A stretch of DNA of 64,000 nt from Octopus bimaculoides (GCF_001194135.2 NC_068982.1:163441105-163505104), one strand, 5' to 3'; numbered from the stretch's first letter, positions 1 through 12,104 are shown. The notes: a model not told the origin generated them from the letters alone. Numbers and translations are program-made.

Positions 1-311
1 AAGCACTAGTCTGATCTTAAGTACTCTGTCACTTACTCTAACGACCTCGATTACCTTATCCACCCATTTCTCCGCTAGAAGTATTCCTACGCCCCCGACC
101 CCGTCAGTGTTCCCTGCCCAGAAAATCTTGTACCTGTGTTCTTTGCCTGTGAGGAACCTTGCAGAACCTCCTCTCCATCTTACTTCCTGGATGCAGCACA
201 TATCTACGCATCTCCGTTCAAGCATCTCAACAATTTCACCAGATCTACCTTTCAGCGTGCCGACGTTGAGAGTGCCAATCCTAACAGTATGGGTGTTGGG
301 GGTGTGGGCCT

Positions 312-312
<1 letters not shown>
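1..312 (-). CDS. RTE-clade LINE APE endonuclease N-terminus, partial (runs off window start)
   Basis: Hand translation gives 104 stop-free codons: QAHTPNTHTVRIGTLNVGTLKGRSGEIVEMLERRCVDMCCIQEVRWRGGSARFLTGKEHRYKIFWAGNTDGVGGVGILLAEKWVDKVIEVVRVSDRVLKIRLVL. It has the APE motifs GTLNVG, CIQEVRW, GVGILL and VSDR typical of RTE/BovB-like LINEs. Confidence 0.9.
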
Positions 313-349
<37 letters not shown>

Positions 350-355
350 CTTTGT

Positions 356-580
356 CATCGTCATCATCATCATCATCATCATCATCGTTTAACGTCCATT
401 TTCCATGCTAGCATGGGTTGGATGGTTCGACCGGGGTCTGGGAAGCCAGGAGGCTGCACCAGGCTCCAGTCTGATCTGGCAGTGTTTCTACAGCTGGATG
501 CCCTTCGTAACGCCAACCACTCCGTGAGTGTAGTGGGTGCTTTTTACATGCCATTGGCACAGGGGCCAGAGGAGGCTGGC
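356..580 (-). mobile_element. Family A short retroposon, 3' part
   Basis: Reverse complement carries the family A signature GTTGGCGTTA.GAAGGGCATCCAGCTGTAGAAAC...CCAACCCATGCTAGCATGGAAAATGGACGTTAAA followed by (GAT)n. Confidence 0.85.
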
Positions 581-683
581 ATAATAATAATAATAATTGT
601 TGTTGCTTGCCTAGTGTAACACAGCGCTGGGAAAGAATTGGATTTACCATGTTTAATTTGATGAAAGAAAACTCTCTTTGTCT

Positions 684-800
684 CATTCATCCTTTTGGGG
701 TTAATAAAATAAGTACCAGTTGAGCACTGGGGTTGATATAATCGATTTACTCCCTTCCTTCAACTTGTTGACCCTATGCCAAAATTTGTAATTGATAATA
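684..800 (+). mobile_element. Family C SINE, 3' part
   Basis: TTCATCCTTTTGGGGTTAATAAAATAAGTACCAGTTGAGCACTGGGGTTGAT matches the central domain of the full copy at 14681. Confidence 0.75.
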
Positions 801-844
801 ATAATAATGATAGCTTTTACTAATAAATAGTGATTTCTGGCATT

Positions 845-1034
845 TACCCAAGGCCCAAAATTTTTGAAATAGGTATAGTTGATTAAATTGGCCCTTCGGT
901 ACTTGACAAGTTGTTTATTTTACTTTAGGTAAAGTTGATCTTGGTGTAATTTCAACTCAGAATGTAAAGACCTGTAATTAGATACTGCAAGGTGTTTTGT
1001 TCACTGCTTTATTGATTCTGCCAAGGTAACACCC

Positions 1035-1035
<1 letters not shown>
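845..1035 (-). mobile_element. Family C SINE, diverged
   Basis: Reverse-complement similarity to 14681-14896 (head GGCAGAATC, TTCTGAGTTGAAAT). Confidence 0.6.
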
Positions 1036-1075
<40 letters not shown>

Positions 1076-1104
1076 ACAACAATAACAATGACAATGTCTA
1101 ACAC

Positions 1105-1310
1105 AGGCCCAAGGCCACAAATATAGAAAGAGGAGTACAAGTTGATTAAATTTATCCCCATCCCAGTGCTTGGCTGGTACTTTATTTTATCAACCCTGAA
1201 AGGATGAACTAGATAGAATTTGAACTTATAATGTAATTAAACTCAGAATTGTAATTGAATATTGCAACGCACTTTGTTTGAAGCTCTAACAACTCCCATT
1301 CACTGACCTT
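1105..1310 (-). mobile_element. Family C SINE, diverged
   Basis: CCCAGTGCTTGGCTGGTACTTTATTTTATCAACCCTGAAAGGATGAA is the reverse complement of the family C core. Confidence 0.65.
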
Positions 1311-2789
1311 TTGTTAATAACTATTAACAATAACCACCACCGCCGCTGCTGCCACCACCACCACCACAAGACCAACTAATATTTATCACAATGTGTCCAA
1401 GACAATAATTCCAAACACTTTGAAATGCTATTTAAGTCAAGGAATATACAAGAAGAGAAATAAGGAGAATCAGTTGTTTTTGCATGAAGTGCAGAGTTTT
1501 CTTTTTCATGTCAATTTTCATAAGTCATGCCACAAGACAGTTACTCTCCAAGTAGTCTATATTACTAACATAAAATATATTAGAAATGTAGCAATAAAAT
1601 GTCATAGTATTTTCTTGTCTTCATCTTTTGGTGTCTTATCTTTTTGAGGTAAGTTATTGAACTATTAACTTCAACTGTTGTGTTTACTATCTAATTCAGA
1701 TGTATCAGCAAACAGCATACACAGAAGACAACAGCAGTAGACTGGACAGGTAATGTAAATTAATGACAGGTGCAAGGTGACAATAAGTATCCAGAGTTGA
1801 GAATGGAAGATAACAATGACAGAGGTAGATTAAAGAAGAAGACTTTGAAAGTTAAGTGAAGTTCTATTAGAGAATGAAAATCTCACAGAAAAGCTGACAC
1901 AGGCCTGAAATCTATGTAAGATGTAGTATTGCAGATTTGTTCAACTCAAACCATACAGAACACAAACAATAAAATGTTGATGTTGAAGATGGTTACATTT
2001 TGAGAGTTCCGAGTTCAAACTGAGTCAAAGGTTGTTTAGGCACAAGAATAAATACATACACATGGGTATAGTACTCTTGAAGATGATTGAATTTCATTAA
2101 TCAAAAAGGTTTGGAAAAGCCCAAATTGTTCTTAGTATTACTTATTGGTGGGTCTAAGAGTAACCAAGTTAAAATAGCAGCAGTAGATTATTTTGTTATT
2201 CCAAGGACAATTTTTTTGTTTTTTTAATTACCTAAGTTACATGAGTAATCGAAACCAAACATAGACTTTACTTAGTGAGAACATGCTATAAAAGGCAGGT
2301 ATCCACTGTATATGCTCGCTAATACTATATAATGTAATACCATAACATGATGAAAGACAAGTAAAGAATTAGCTGGATATATATATAAAAAAAAACAACA
2401 AAAAAGATACCCCCCACCATAACAAAACAAAAAATAAAAAGCAAAAAACAGAGAATACTGCAACAAAGTACAAGAAATGCTTTTCTGCACAACATGACTG
2501 GAAATGGTGTCTGTAAAGATAGATATTGTTTTTGCAGGCAGAGAAGTAAATTTCATTATGAGAAAAGGTTATTCTGAAATGAATGCAAGCTTCTGTGTGT
2601 ATGTACGTGCGTGTACGCACGCGTGCGTGTGTAAATTCTCCAACGTAAAACATTATTGATGTGATGTAGAAGTTTTCCATTGATCTCAGAGAGCTTTATT
2701 CTGCATGTTTTCTATATGTGTGTTTAGTGTGTGCATGTGTGTATGTGTATATACATACACACACACATATCTATCTATCTATCTATCTA

Positions 2790-2827
<38 letters not shown>

Positions 2828-2849
2828 TATATATGTAAATATATATATA

Positions 2850-3200
2850 TGTAAAACATCTCTCTTATCACTCCTACCACTGTTACCCATTCTCCGAATG
2901 TCCTTACCTTTTTTATTTATGCCTCTAATGCTCATCTCTCAAACACTCGCATACCATCACAATCTCAAAGTGCTATGCTGTTGATAAAGAAGAGCAGTGA
3001 ATTGTTTCCAGTGTAAAGAAGGATGTCCCTCAACATAACTGACCCTCTTATTAAGACTCCACCATTCACTTCCTTTTAACTCTAGCTTTCTCCCTATTTT
3101 GAGATATAAAATTAAGGACCTCATAAGACCCATATGTCCCTCATACACTCTACTTATACTTCCAACAAGCCATTTGATACTGGCATCCATCATTCACTCT
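2850..3200 (-). mobile_element. Decayed RTE LINE, RT C-terminal region
   Basis: Minus translations KGSEWWSLNKR (cf. YGSECWALxK), RL*WYASV (cf. RLRWYGHV) and IRGINKKGKDIRR (cf. VRGxRxRGRPRRRW) occur in the expected order, with stops. Confidence 0.5.
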
Positions 3201-3314
3201 CACTGTTTACCCATCAATCATTTCTCTCTCACCATTCTCCTTTAGTGCTAATTCCAGTTTATTCTAAGTGTAGTGTCATGAGGGGCCTTAGTTAAAAAAC
3301 ATAATCAACTCCTT

Positions 3315-3505
3315 CACTGTTGGTGCTGTTAAAAAAGCACCCGCTATATTCTGTAAAGTGGTTGGCATTAGGAAAGGTATCCAGCAGTAGAAACCAAGCC
3401 AAAAATACACCTACAAGTGAGATGCGATCCCCTAATCCATTTAAAAGAGTAGAAATGACCCAACGTGGAAAACAGATGTAAACAATGACAATGACAGCGA
3501 TGATA
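3315..3505 (+). mobile_element. Family A retroposon
   Basis: AAAAAAGCACCC..CTGTAAAGTGGTTGGCATTAGGAAAGGTATCCAGCAGTAGAAACC and a degenerate (GAT/GAC) tail. Confidence 0.75.
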
Positions 3506-4831
3506 ATATATATGCAAGTATGTGTATGTAGAAGTAGCTTTTATTCCTGATGGCTTTAAACTGTGCTTGGGAATTACCTTGGAAGCTAAAATATCTTTCT
3601 AAGATGTGGCTTCCTGTCTGGGAAGTTGGGTATCCTCAACAAGCCCAACAATATGTGTAAAGGATACTGTACAAGCCTAAATAAATACTTGTCTTTCTGT
3701 GATTAGAAACATTCATCAAGAAGTTATCAGTCTAGTGCAACATCAGAGGGGACAATCAAAGTTAAGACATTCATGTGTTTCCTAACCCAAGGGCATTTGC
3801 GCTGTAGTAAATGCAGTCATATATCTAGGGATAGTGCTGCTTGAGGTGATCCCTAAGCATGTGCTGCCCACCACTCCAGAAAGCACTTCATAATACTATA
3901 TATCAGCTTTTCTTCCAAAAAAGTGACACCTGGAGCAGACTGTCCCCACCTCCAGCCTGCCTTACTTTAGCCTGCCCCACTACTTTAGCTAAGCTAGAGG
4001 GTATCAGTGAAGTAGCCCGCCATTAAGAATTGAACCTGTGTCACAGACTTGGTTCACCAAGAACATACCACCACATTATAACACCTGCTACTTCTGCATA
4101 TATCTAAAAATCTGATACTAAATACACTCATTTTATATTTAGAGCAGATGAACAGATTGCTTTAGTTTTATGAAAACTTGTATTGACAGCTCAACGTATT
4201 GCTGTCATAGTGAATAGCTGAGAATTGAGCAACACTCCATTCCCAAGGCAATAAGAATAAGAGCTGTTTTCCCCACACTTTCATTCCTAATATATTTTTT
4301 CCTGTTGTTCACAGACATCTACACAAACACACACACACCCATTTGCATTTATACACATATATATACACACAATTATAAAACATACATTCTTACACATATA
4401 TACCAATATATACACACTTGAATATAAATACTATCTGGTACAGACTAAAATAAATGAAAGAGTCTAGACTTAGACTTATTCAGTTGTAAAGATCTTTGGG
4501 CAAATAATTAGGAATGTGTAAGCAAATGTTATATCCAGACTAAATCTTCACATTTTTATATATGTGGCCATTGAGTCATTTGGGTATATAACTAAATGAC
4601 TCAAGATTAATCTTGAGAAGTTAGGTTTTACATGTAAGCACCTGAAATTGATTAAATAAACTACAAGTCCCTTAATGGGAGCTGCAGAAATATTCAAAAC
4701 TCTTCTGAATTCTAACTTCTAATTTAGAGAAACTGTTATCTATTCAACTTGGAAAAGCCTCTTAAGATTTGCTAGTTGGTGGTCAGCTCTTATCTTGGTA
4801 AAAAGAAAATGAAAACAAATTTCTGAAGGAC

Positions 4832-4833
<2 letters not shown>

Positions 4834-4881
<48 letters not shown>

Positions 4882-5053
4882 NNNNNNNNNNACACACTCT
4901 TTCTCTCTCTCTCTCTCTCTCTCGCTCACACACACACACACTCTCTCTCTCTCTATCAGACACACACACTTTCTCTCTCTCACACACACATACTCTTTCT
5001 CTCTCTCTCTCTCTCTCTCTATCTCACACACACATTCTTTCTCTCTCTATCTC
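4834..5053. repeat. Compound (CA)n/(CT)n microsatellite containing a 10-N gap (4882-4891)
   Basis: Direct reading. Confidence 0.95.
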
Positions 5054-5147
5054 TATCTCTCTCTCTCACACACAATGTTGTTTATATTTTGTTATTTTGA
5101 TTGGTACAAAGTTCCTTTATTTTGAAGGAAATGAGAAATATTGTTGT

Positions 5148-5310
5148 CATCATTGTCATTATTTAACATACATTTCCCATGCTGGCATGGGTTGGGTGAT
5201 TTGACAGGAGCTGGACTGCTGGAGAGCTGCCCAGGCTCCATTTATAGGTTTTGGCATGGTTTCTACAGCTAGATGCCCTTCCTAATGCCAACTACTTTAC
5301 AGAGCATAGT
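5148..5310 (-). mobile_element. Family A retroposon
   Basis: CCATGCTGGCATGGGTTGG...TTTCTACAGCTAGATGCCCTTCCTAATGCCAAC. Confidence 0.8.
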
Positions 5311-5709
5311 GTGACATCTATGTCTTCCTCAAGAGTAGTAGTGAAATAAAATAATTTCAAGTGTTTCACACACACACCCACACACACACACCCACACACA
5401 CACACACACACGTGTGGCTGATTTATCATGTTGGTACATATCAGAAGGATCAGAGTATAGTTATCAACTATACTGCATTTCTGGGACTTTTTTTGAGATT
5501 GATATTGGTGGATAGACATTGCCTTGGTTGAATTTGAAAATAGAATGCAGAAGGACAACATTATAATATATTGTAAAGAAACTTAATCAAATGTTCTATC
5601 ATTTTTGCTACCATATGTACATATACTTTGGCAGAGCAGCTCTTTCAGACTAGCATTCAAATCAAGATTTACTTTGACAGCGATCATCTAGTAGGAAGGG
5701 GTGAAGAAT

Positions 5710-6020
5710 ATAGCCTCTATGTAGCAGCTTGACCTTCAAGAAATAACAGTCAAATCACCCTTAAATCACATTCTACCATCTTAAAAAAATGGGGCACAGG
5801 CATTAAATATGTACTCTAACCAATGAGAGAGCCTCTATGCATGACACACAACCTTTTAGAAATAACAGCCAAATCTAATTTAAATCACATCTTAACAACT
5901 TCAGGAGAAAAGAGACAGTGGATACTATGTCTGAAAAACAAAGACAAGAAGATCACAGCTGGAATGCCATTAGTCATAAGTCTGCTGGATCAAGGTTTAT
6001 TTGGGGCCAACCAACAAAGA
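5710..6020 (+). repeat. Family D interspersed repeat, two tandem partial copies
   Basis: AGAAATAACAGCCAAATC..AAATCACA motif occurs twice, then GATCACAGCTGGAATGCC...TCTGCTGGATCA and an (AAC)-like end. Confidence 0.7.
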
Positions 6021-6894
6021 CACCCATTCCCATCATAGAAAAAAAAAAAAGCAAGAACTACATATATATGTATTTGTTTGTATGCATGCATGCATCTGTT
6101 TGCCTGAGTGTGTTTGTGATATGAGTGTTTGTAACTGCATATATAATTTGCATGTTTTTGTGTATGTGTCGTTCTGTGTGCATTTGTACATCTATGTATG
6201 CGTACTGTAAGTTCTGTGCGTGAGCGTGTGTGTAGGCATATTTATGTATTTTTGCACATTAATGTGTGTGTGCATGTGTATCAATTCTTTGTATTTATGC
6301 ATGAGATGGTATGCTCATGGAGATGAATACATATTTGATTGTTACGCATGAATGTACACTTCTATATGTGTATGCAACATACAGTGTGTGCATCTGTATG
6401 TGCATCAGTATGTGCATCTGTATGTAGCTATGCATATTTAGAAATGAATATGCATTTATACAGTGCATGCTTATAATTTGAGTATGTACAGTCAGTTTTA
6501 TGCATTGTTGCTATTGCCTGGCACCCCCACTACATCTTTTTTTTTGTGTATCTGGGACTACGTTATACAATGTGCACTTCATTTAATAAAGACCATAAGA
6601 TGTGATTTGAGTGAGATTTGGCTGCTATTTCAAGCTGGTTAAGTAACCACATAGAGATATAGGCTCCCTGAATGGCTCATGTAAGTGGTGTATATGTACA
6701 AGTTTATGGCACAAGAATGTACATGCATCTGGTTGTATTTTCTTTTGTGTGTGTTTGTAAGCATGTTCCAAATTAGAAGTAATGGAATAAAAAACAAGAA
6801 TGTTACCAGAGAGGGAGAGAAAGGAAAATACCATCTGCTTGGGAAAACTTGCATGTAGGAAAAGGGGAAAATATGGCTGGCAAAAGCCTATTAA

Positions 6895-7580
6895 AAATGA
6901 TGCTGTTTAGTTACAGGATAGCTTTGATTGTGTCAAAGACATTCCAGCTATGGCCACCATGCCTTTCTCTTGAACATGATGTAATTAAGATGATTATCCA
7001 AAATGACTCATCTTCTTCAAAACTGGTGTAATGTGAAGGAGCTGTAGCTGCTCTTTCTAGCAGATCACATGACCATGTACAGGCCCCTTTGTTAACAGAT
7101 GAATGTCGCTGTTGCTGCTGCTAAGCCCTGAGCTAGCTATGATCAAGCAGACATATGATTATTATGATCGAAGGCATTCCAAACCATGACCATCCTGTCT
7201 TTCTTTAAAATGTGCTGTAACTAAGACTATGATATCTAAAGTAACCAAAATGTGAACTGACTTCTTCAAGACAGTAGAGTCTAAATTAAAGGAATTTTGG
7301 TTGCTATTTCTGGCAGACTGAGTGACTATGTAGAGGATCTATCATTAACTTAAGAGGGTTGCTGTTGCTACTGTTAAACCTCGAGTCAACTGTGAACAAG
7401 CAGATATACAATCAAAGGCTTTCTAGCAATGAGAATTCTGTCTTTCTATCAAACATGGCATAACTAAGATTATACTATCCAATGCGATCTTCCTGCTTCA
7501 CAACAGCAGGGTCACACAGGAGAATTTGAAGAGGGAGAAGTCTTGGCTGCTATTTTTATCAGGTTGAGTGATCATGTAGA
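6895..7580 (-). repeat. Family D repeat, three tandem copies
   Basis: Three successive occurrences of GCTGCT(A/C)TTT(C/T)T(A/G)GCAG preceded by ATTCCAGC/TGACCAT-like motifs (about 6895-7085, 7105-7345, 7360-7580). Confidence 0.65.
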
Positions 7581-7663
7581 GCATGGTTCTTGACCATTTT
7601 GTGCGTATGGACTCCTTTGATTCCTATTTTACTCTACCGGACCCTCCATGGCCATTTACCGTA

Positions 7664-7724
<61 letters not shown>

Positions 7725-7869
7725 AAAATTCTTATTGTATTTTCATAATTAAATACTAGGAATTGTTTAAAAAAAATTAGAATATTTTGTGTATTGTAGA
7801 AGTAGAAGCAGTTTATTTCACATAAATTTTAACAACAAAATCTTATATGGACCCTGGTTGAGACCCACT
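7581..7869. mobile_element. hAT-like MITE with 8-bp TSD
   Basis: Imperfect TIRs GCATGGTTCTTGACC / GGTTGAGACCCACT (cf. CAGTGGTTCTCAACC type); direct repeat CATGTAGA at 7573-7580 and 7870-7877; internal (TA)n. Confidence 0.7.
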
Positions 7870-8060
7870 CATGTAGAAACTTCCTTGAGAGAGTAGATGT
7901 TAGTGCCTAGAGTGGGTGGTAGAAAGACACAGAGTGAAGAGGTATACAAGAAAGATAAACAAAATGAACAACAACACAAACAACAAAAACAACAGCACCA
8001 TAGAGCAACATAGCAAACATAGAAGCAAACTGAATAATACCAACTACAAGAAAAAAATTC

Positions 8061-8405
8061 AGGCATAGCCGAGTGGCTAAGAAGTTCTCTTTGCAATCAT
8101 GTGGTTCCGGGTTCAGTCTTACTGTGCAGTACCTTGAGCCAATGTCTTCTGCTATAGCCCTGTGTTGATACAATGACTTGTAAGTGAATTTAGTTGACGG
8201 AAACTGAAAGAAGCCTGTTGTGTATGTATCCTTGTATTGAACTCTTACCAACTGACAACCAGTATTGGTTTAGTAAAAAGAGACTGATAGAATAAGTACC
8301 AGATTTAAAATAAGTACTGGAGCTGATTTGTTCAACTAAAACCAACAAAGCTGGGCTCCAGCCTGGGCACAGTCCAATGAGTGAAACAAGAAAAAGAATA
8401 GAAGA
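8061..8405 (+). mobile_element. Family B tRNA-headed CORE-like SINE, near full length
   Basis: A-box-like GAGTGGCTAAG, B-box-like GGTTCAGTC, CORE-like ACCTTGAGCCAATGTCTTCTGCTATAGCC, GACGGAAACTGAAAGAAGCC, tail GCTCCAGC..CAGTCCAATGAGTGAAACAAG. Confidence 0.8.
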
Positions 8406-8907
8406 ACACCAGAACTAGAATAAAAGTATAGTAATATTGTAATTATGAAGTTTAAGAACAGTTAAGAATAGGTATAAATATAAAACAGAAAATTTTTCTT
8501 TAAAAATCTTAAAAAAGCAAAGCAAAAAAAAATGAATAAAAAAAGTTAAAGAACAAAATAAAAAAAAGTAAAATAATAATAATAATAATAATTATGATAA
8601 TAATGATAATAACTACAACAACAACAATTTGAAGTTCACCAAGTAAATGAAACCAATAAAAATAATAGTAAAACTCACAACAATGAACATTTTGGACCAG
8701 AAATCCGACTGAGTGTAAAAAGAAGAGAGAACTGCTGGAAGTTTTGGTAAAAGAGATTAATTTATGAGACATTCTTATGAGATTGGAGATTACAAGCCCA
8801 GATTTTTATGTGCAGATGTGTGTGTGTAAATATATATGTATGTATACACACATATATATATTAATATGTATATAGCATATATATACATATTTATATGCAT
8901 ATACATG

Positions 8908-9007
<100 letters not shown>

Positions 9008-9142
9008 TACATATATTTATAAATATTTTGAGAGAAATGATCATGTGTATACACATACACACACTTATGTATAGAAACACACAAAAACATGAATACTTAT
9101 AAATGTGTCTATAAAAACTATATATAGCATTATAATGTATGA

Positions 9143-9181
<39 letters not shown>

Positions 9182-9712
9182 CTGTGAGTGGTATTTACAT
9201 TTATATAAGTATGTATAAAGAAGTGCACCCAGGAACATACAAATACACAGAAACGCATGCATGCATCACAGATACATACATATCAGTTCTTTCTGGCAAG
9301 AAATCTTGAAATAAAACTGAACAATGACATACATACATACATACATACATGCATGCATACATACATACATACATACATACATACAAGGGTGGCAAGGAGA
9401 AATGTGGTCTTTTGAGAAAGTTGAATAGGAAAAATATAACATAATTCTACAAACATGTATGTATGCAAGAGTGAAAGTATTTGATTAAAACGAACATCCA
9501 CATCTATATACATACTTTTATATGTATGTATACACGACTCTACAAATGTTTAGATTTCATGTTTATGTATTTATTAAAATATATATCCAAATCAGTACGT
9601 TTGTGACTACATATGCATATTACAGACTTATATTCACATAGTTATTTATATAGATACAAAGCTAAACAGACATATACATGAAACAGTATACAAATGTACG
9701 TCTCTCTCTCAT

Positions 9713-9788
<76 letters not shown>

Positions 9789-10297
9789 GCACACACACAC
9801 ACACCCATGTAAATATGTACATGAACATACACACACATATCTGAATGCATATATGTACAACTTGCAGCAAATATTTAATAGTTTCTCTATGTGATATATT
9901 TCAAGTCCATTCCACTTGCTTGTTAAATTCGCATAGACATAATGTCATAGCACCGTCTAACTGCTGAGTTGCGCACTCTTAGTGATTAAACATCTTGCTT
10001 AGATGCACTAAAATTGTAATGCCTAGATTCATGTGCACTTTTCTGCTTACTACTTATAGATATACATACATACACACATACATTCATATAGTATATAGAA
10101 ATATATATATACTATATATGTACAATATATATATGCATATATATTGACATACATAAATATATATATATCATCATCATTGCATGTGTGTGTGTGAGTGTGT
10201 GTAGAGACACACACATGTATATTTGTGTATATGCATCATATGTATCTATGCAAAGGGTTTTGAACCAACTATTTAGACCTTTTATATATTCATGTGG

Positions 10298-10610
10298 AGG
10301 CAAAGAGCTGAGTGGTTAAGGTGCTGGACTCATGACAGTAAGATTGTAGTTTTGATTTCTGGATCGAGTGGGGCATTGTATTCTTGAGTAAAGTACTTCG
10401 TTTCACATTGCTCCAGCCCACTCAACAGGTAAAACTGAGTTATTCTGTGATAGACTAGCTTCCCATCCAGAGAAAATGGGAAACTGGCCCTATGCGCTTT
10501 ACAGGGTTATTTGGACTCACCATCTATTTAGTCTTATGGAGTTTGGCTAGCTCCTGCCAACTGTCCAACCCATGCCAGCATAGAAAACAGACGTTAAATG
10601 ATAATGATGA
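10298..10610 (+). mobile_element. tRNA-headed SINE joined to a family A tail
   Basis: GAGTGGTTAAGGTGCTGGACTCATGA head and TTCTTGAGTAAAGTACTTCGTTTCACATTGCTCCAG (matches the reverse complement of 59080-59200), then tail CCAACCCATGCCAGCATAGAAAACAGACGTTAAATGAT. Confidence 0.65.
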
Positions 10611-11009
10611 GGTATGTGTGTGTGTGTGTGTGTCTATCTATCTATCTATCTATCTATCTATAATGCACAAATATATATTGTATATATGTATATATACAAT
10701 TTAGCTGCAGAGCTACATAAGGAACTTAATAGCATGCATGAAACTATAAGGCCTTGTGTCACTTATGAAGCTTTATAGCAAGTTAATAATTATTTCTAAC
10801 AAAGGTACAAAGCTTAAAATTTTGAATGAGGGAATTAGTTGATTTTAGTGAACCTTACTCAGTACCCAATTGGTAATTTATTTCATCAGCTGTGTGTGCG
10901 AGTGGTTATACTTTAGTATAAACATTTAGTATATTATTTATTCAAGCTGGTCCAGTATTCAGTAAATGAGTAACAGGTTAAATAAACTACAGTACCCAAT
11001 GTTTGTATT

Positions 11010-11147
11010 GAGGTGCAGGCACATGGTTATGTGGTAAGAAGTTTGCTTCCTGACCACATGGTTCTGAGTTCAGTCCCTTGGACAAGTGTCTTTTACTATA
11101 GCCACATATGTGAGTGAATTTGGTAGATGGAAACTGATATATACATT

Positions 11148-11181
<34 letters not shown>

Positions 11182-11414
11182 GATAGATAGATATAGATAT
11201 GTGTGTGTGTGTACCTTTGTGCTTGTGTTTTTCTCCCACCACCACTTGACAACTGGTGCTGATGTATTTACATCTCTGTAACTTAGCAGTTTGGCAAAAG
11301 AGACCAATAGAATAAGTAGTAGGTTTAAAAAGCTTACTGGGGTTAAATCATTTGACTAAAATTCTTGAAGGTGGTGCTCCAGCATGGCTGCAGTCTAATG
11401 ACTAAAATAAAAGA
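11010..11414 (+). mobile_element. Family B SINE
   Basis: GTGGTAAGAAGTTTGCTTCC head, CTTGGACAAGTGTCTTTTACTATAGCC core, internal microsatellite, tail GGTGCTCCAGCATGGCTGCAGTC. Confidence 0.85.
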
Positions 11415-11415
11415 T

Positions 11416-11497
11416 TATTCTTTTATTTGTTTTAGTCATCTGACTGCAGCCATGCGGGAGCACCATCTTTAGTCGAAGAAATCGACCCCAGGACTTC
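11416..11497 (-). mobile_element. Family B SINE 3' tail, inverted against the preceding copy
   Basis: TTTAGTCATCTGACTGCAGCCATGCGGGAGCACC..TTTAGTCG..ATCGACCCCAGGACT. Confidence 0.8.
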
Positions 11498-11507
11498 GTG
11501 TTGAAAC

Positions 11508-11858
11508 ATATTTGGGGATGGACATTTCCATTTTATTTTTCTGTCAATCACCACTTTAGTTTTATTATCAGAGTTCTTTCATTACACGTTCTGTGACCTC
11601 TTCAGTGACCTTCTGTTTCTAGTGTCTCTATTCTTCTCTCGTCTTGTCCTGTCTATTCCATTTTGTTTTTCTCTTAGAGAAAATGAAACAGACAGAACAA
11701 AACTAGAGAGGAGTAGAGACACGAGGAACAGAAAGTCACTGAAGAGGGCACAGAATGTGTGATGAAAGAATTCTGATAATAAAGCTAAAGTGAAGATCAA
11801 ATAAGTAATGCATGTGTTTATTGGATGGGGGGAAAATAAAATGACCATCCCCAAATAT
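11508..11858. repeat. About 350-bp foldback inverted repeat (MITE-like)
   Basis: Arms 11508-11673 and 11677-11858 are reverse complementary; inner core 11552-11792 about 85% identical; termini TA|TTTGGGGATGG...CCATCCCCAAA|TA. Confidence 0.9.
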
Positions 11859-12104
11859 AACAATATATTTTTAACTGGTTTAATTTACTTTAACTGCAGT
11901 AATGATGGGGTATTCCTTCAAAGATTTAAATGATCCCAATATGATTTTTGAGTTTGGTACTGATTTTATTGAATTCTATTTCTGGGATTGCTAAATTACA
12001 TGACAGATACAAACAGCTCCAGTTGTTAAGAGGTCCAAAGTTAAATATACGGACACAGAAAGTTAAATATATGGATACATATACAGTCTCACAGATATAT
12101 ATGT

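Noticed and set aside
107-619. 170-aa + strand ORF, the longest gap-free ORF in the track
   Set aside because: It is the antisense of the RTE endonuclease read through (AAT)n, (CAT)n and a family A copy; the real coding frame is on the - strand.
2272-2372. Minus-strand exon-like segment encoding NSLLVFHHVMVLHYIVLASIYSGYLPFIACSH, reminiscent of TLC-domain HH helices
   Set aside because: The only long open frame ends in a stop at the donor, the downstream TLC motif is absent, and hydrophobic composition is expected from T-rich DNA.
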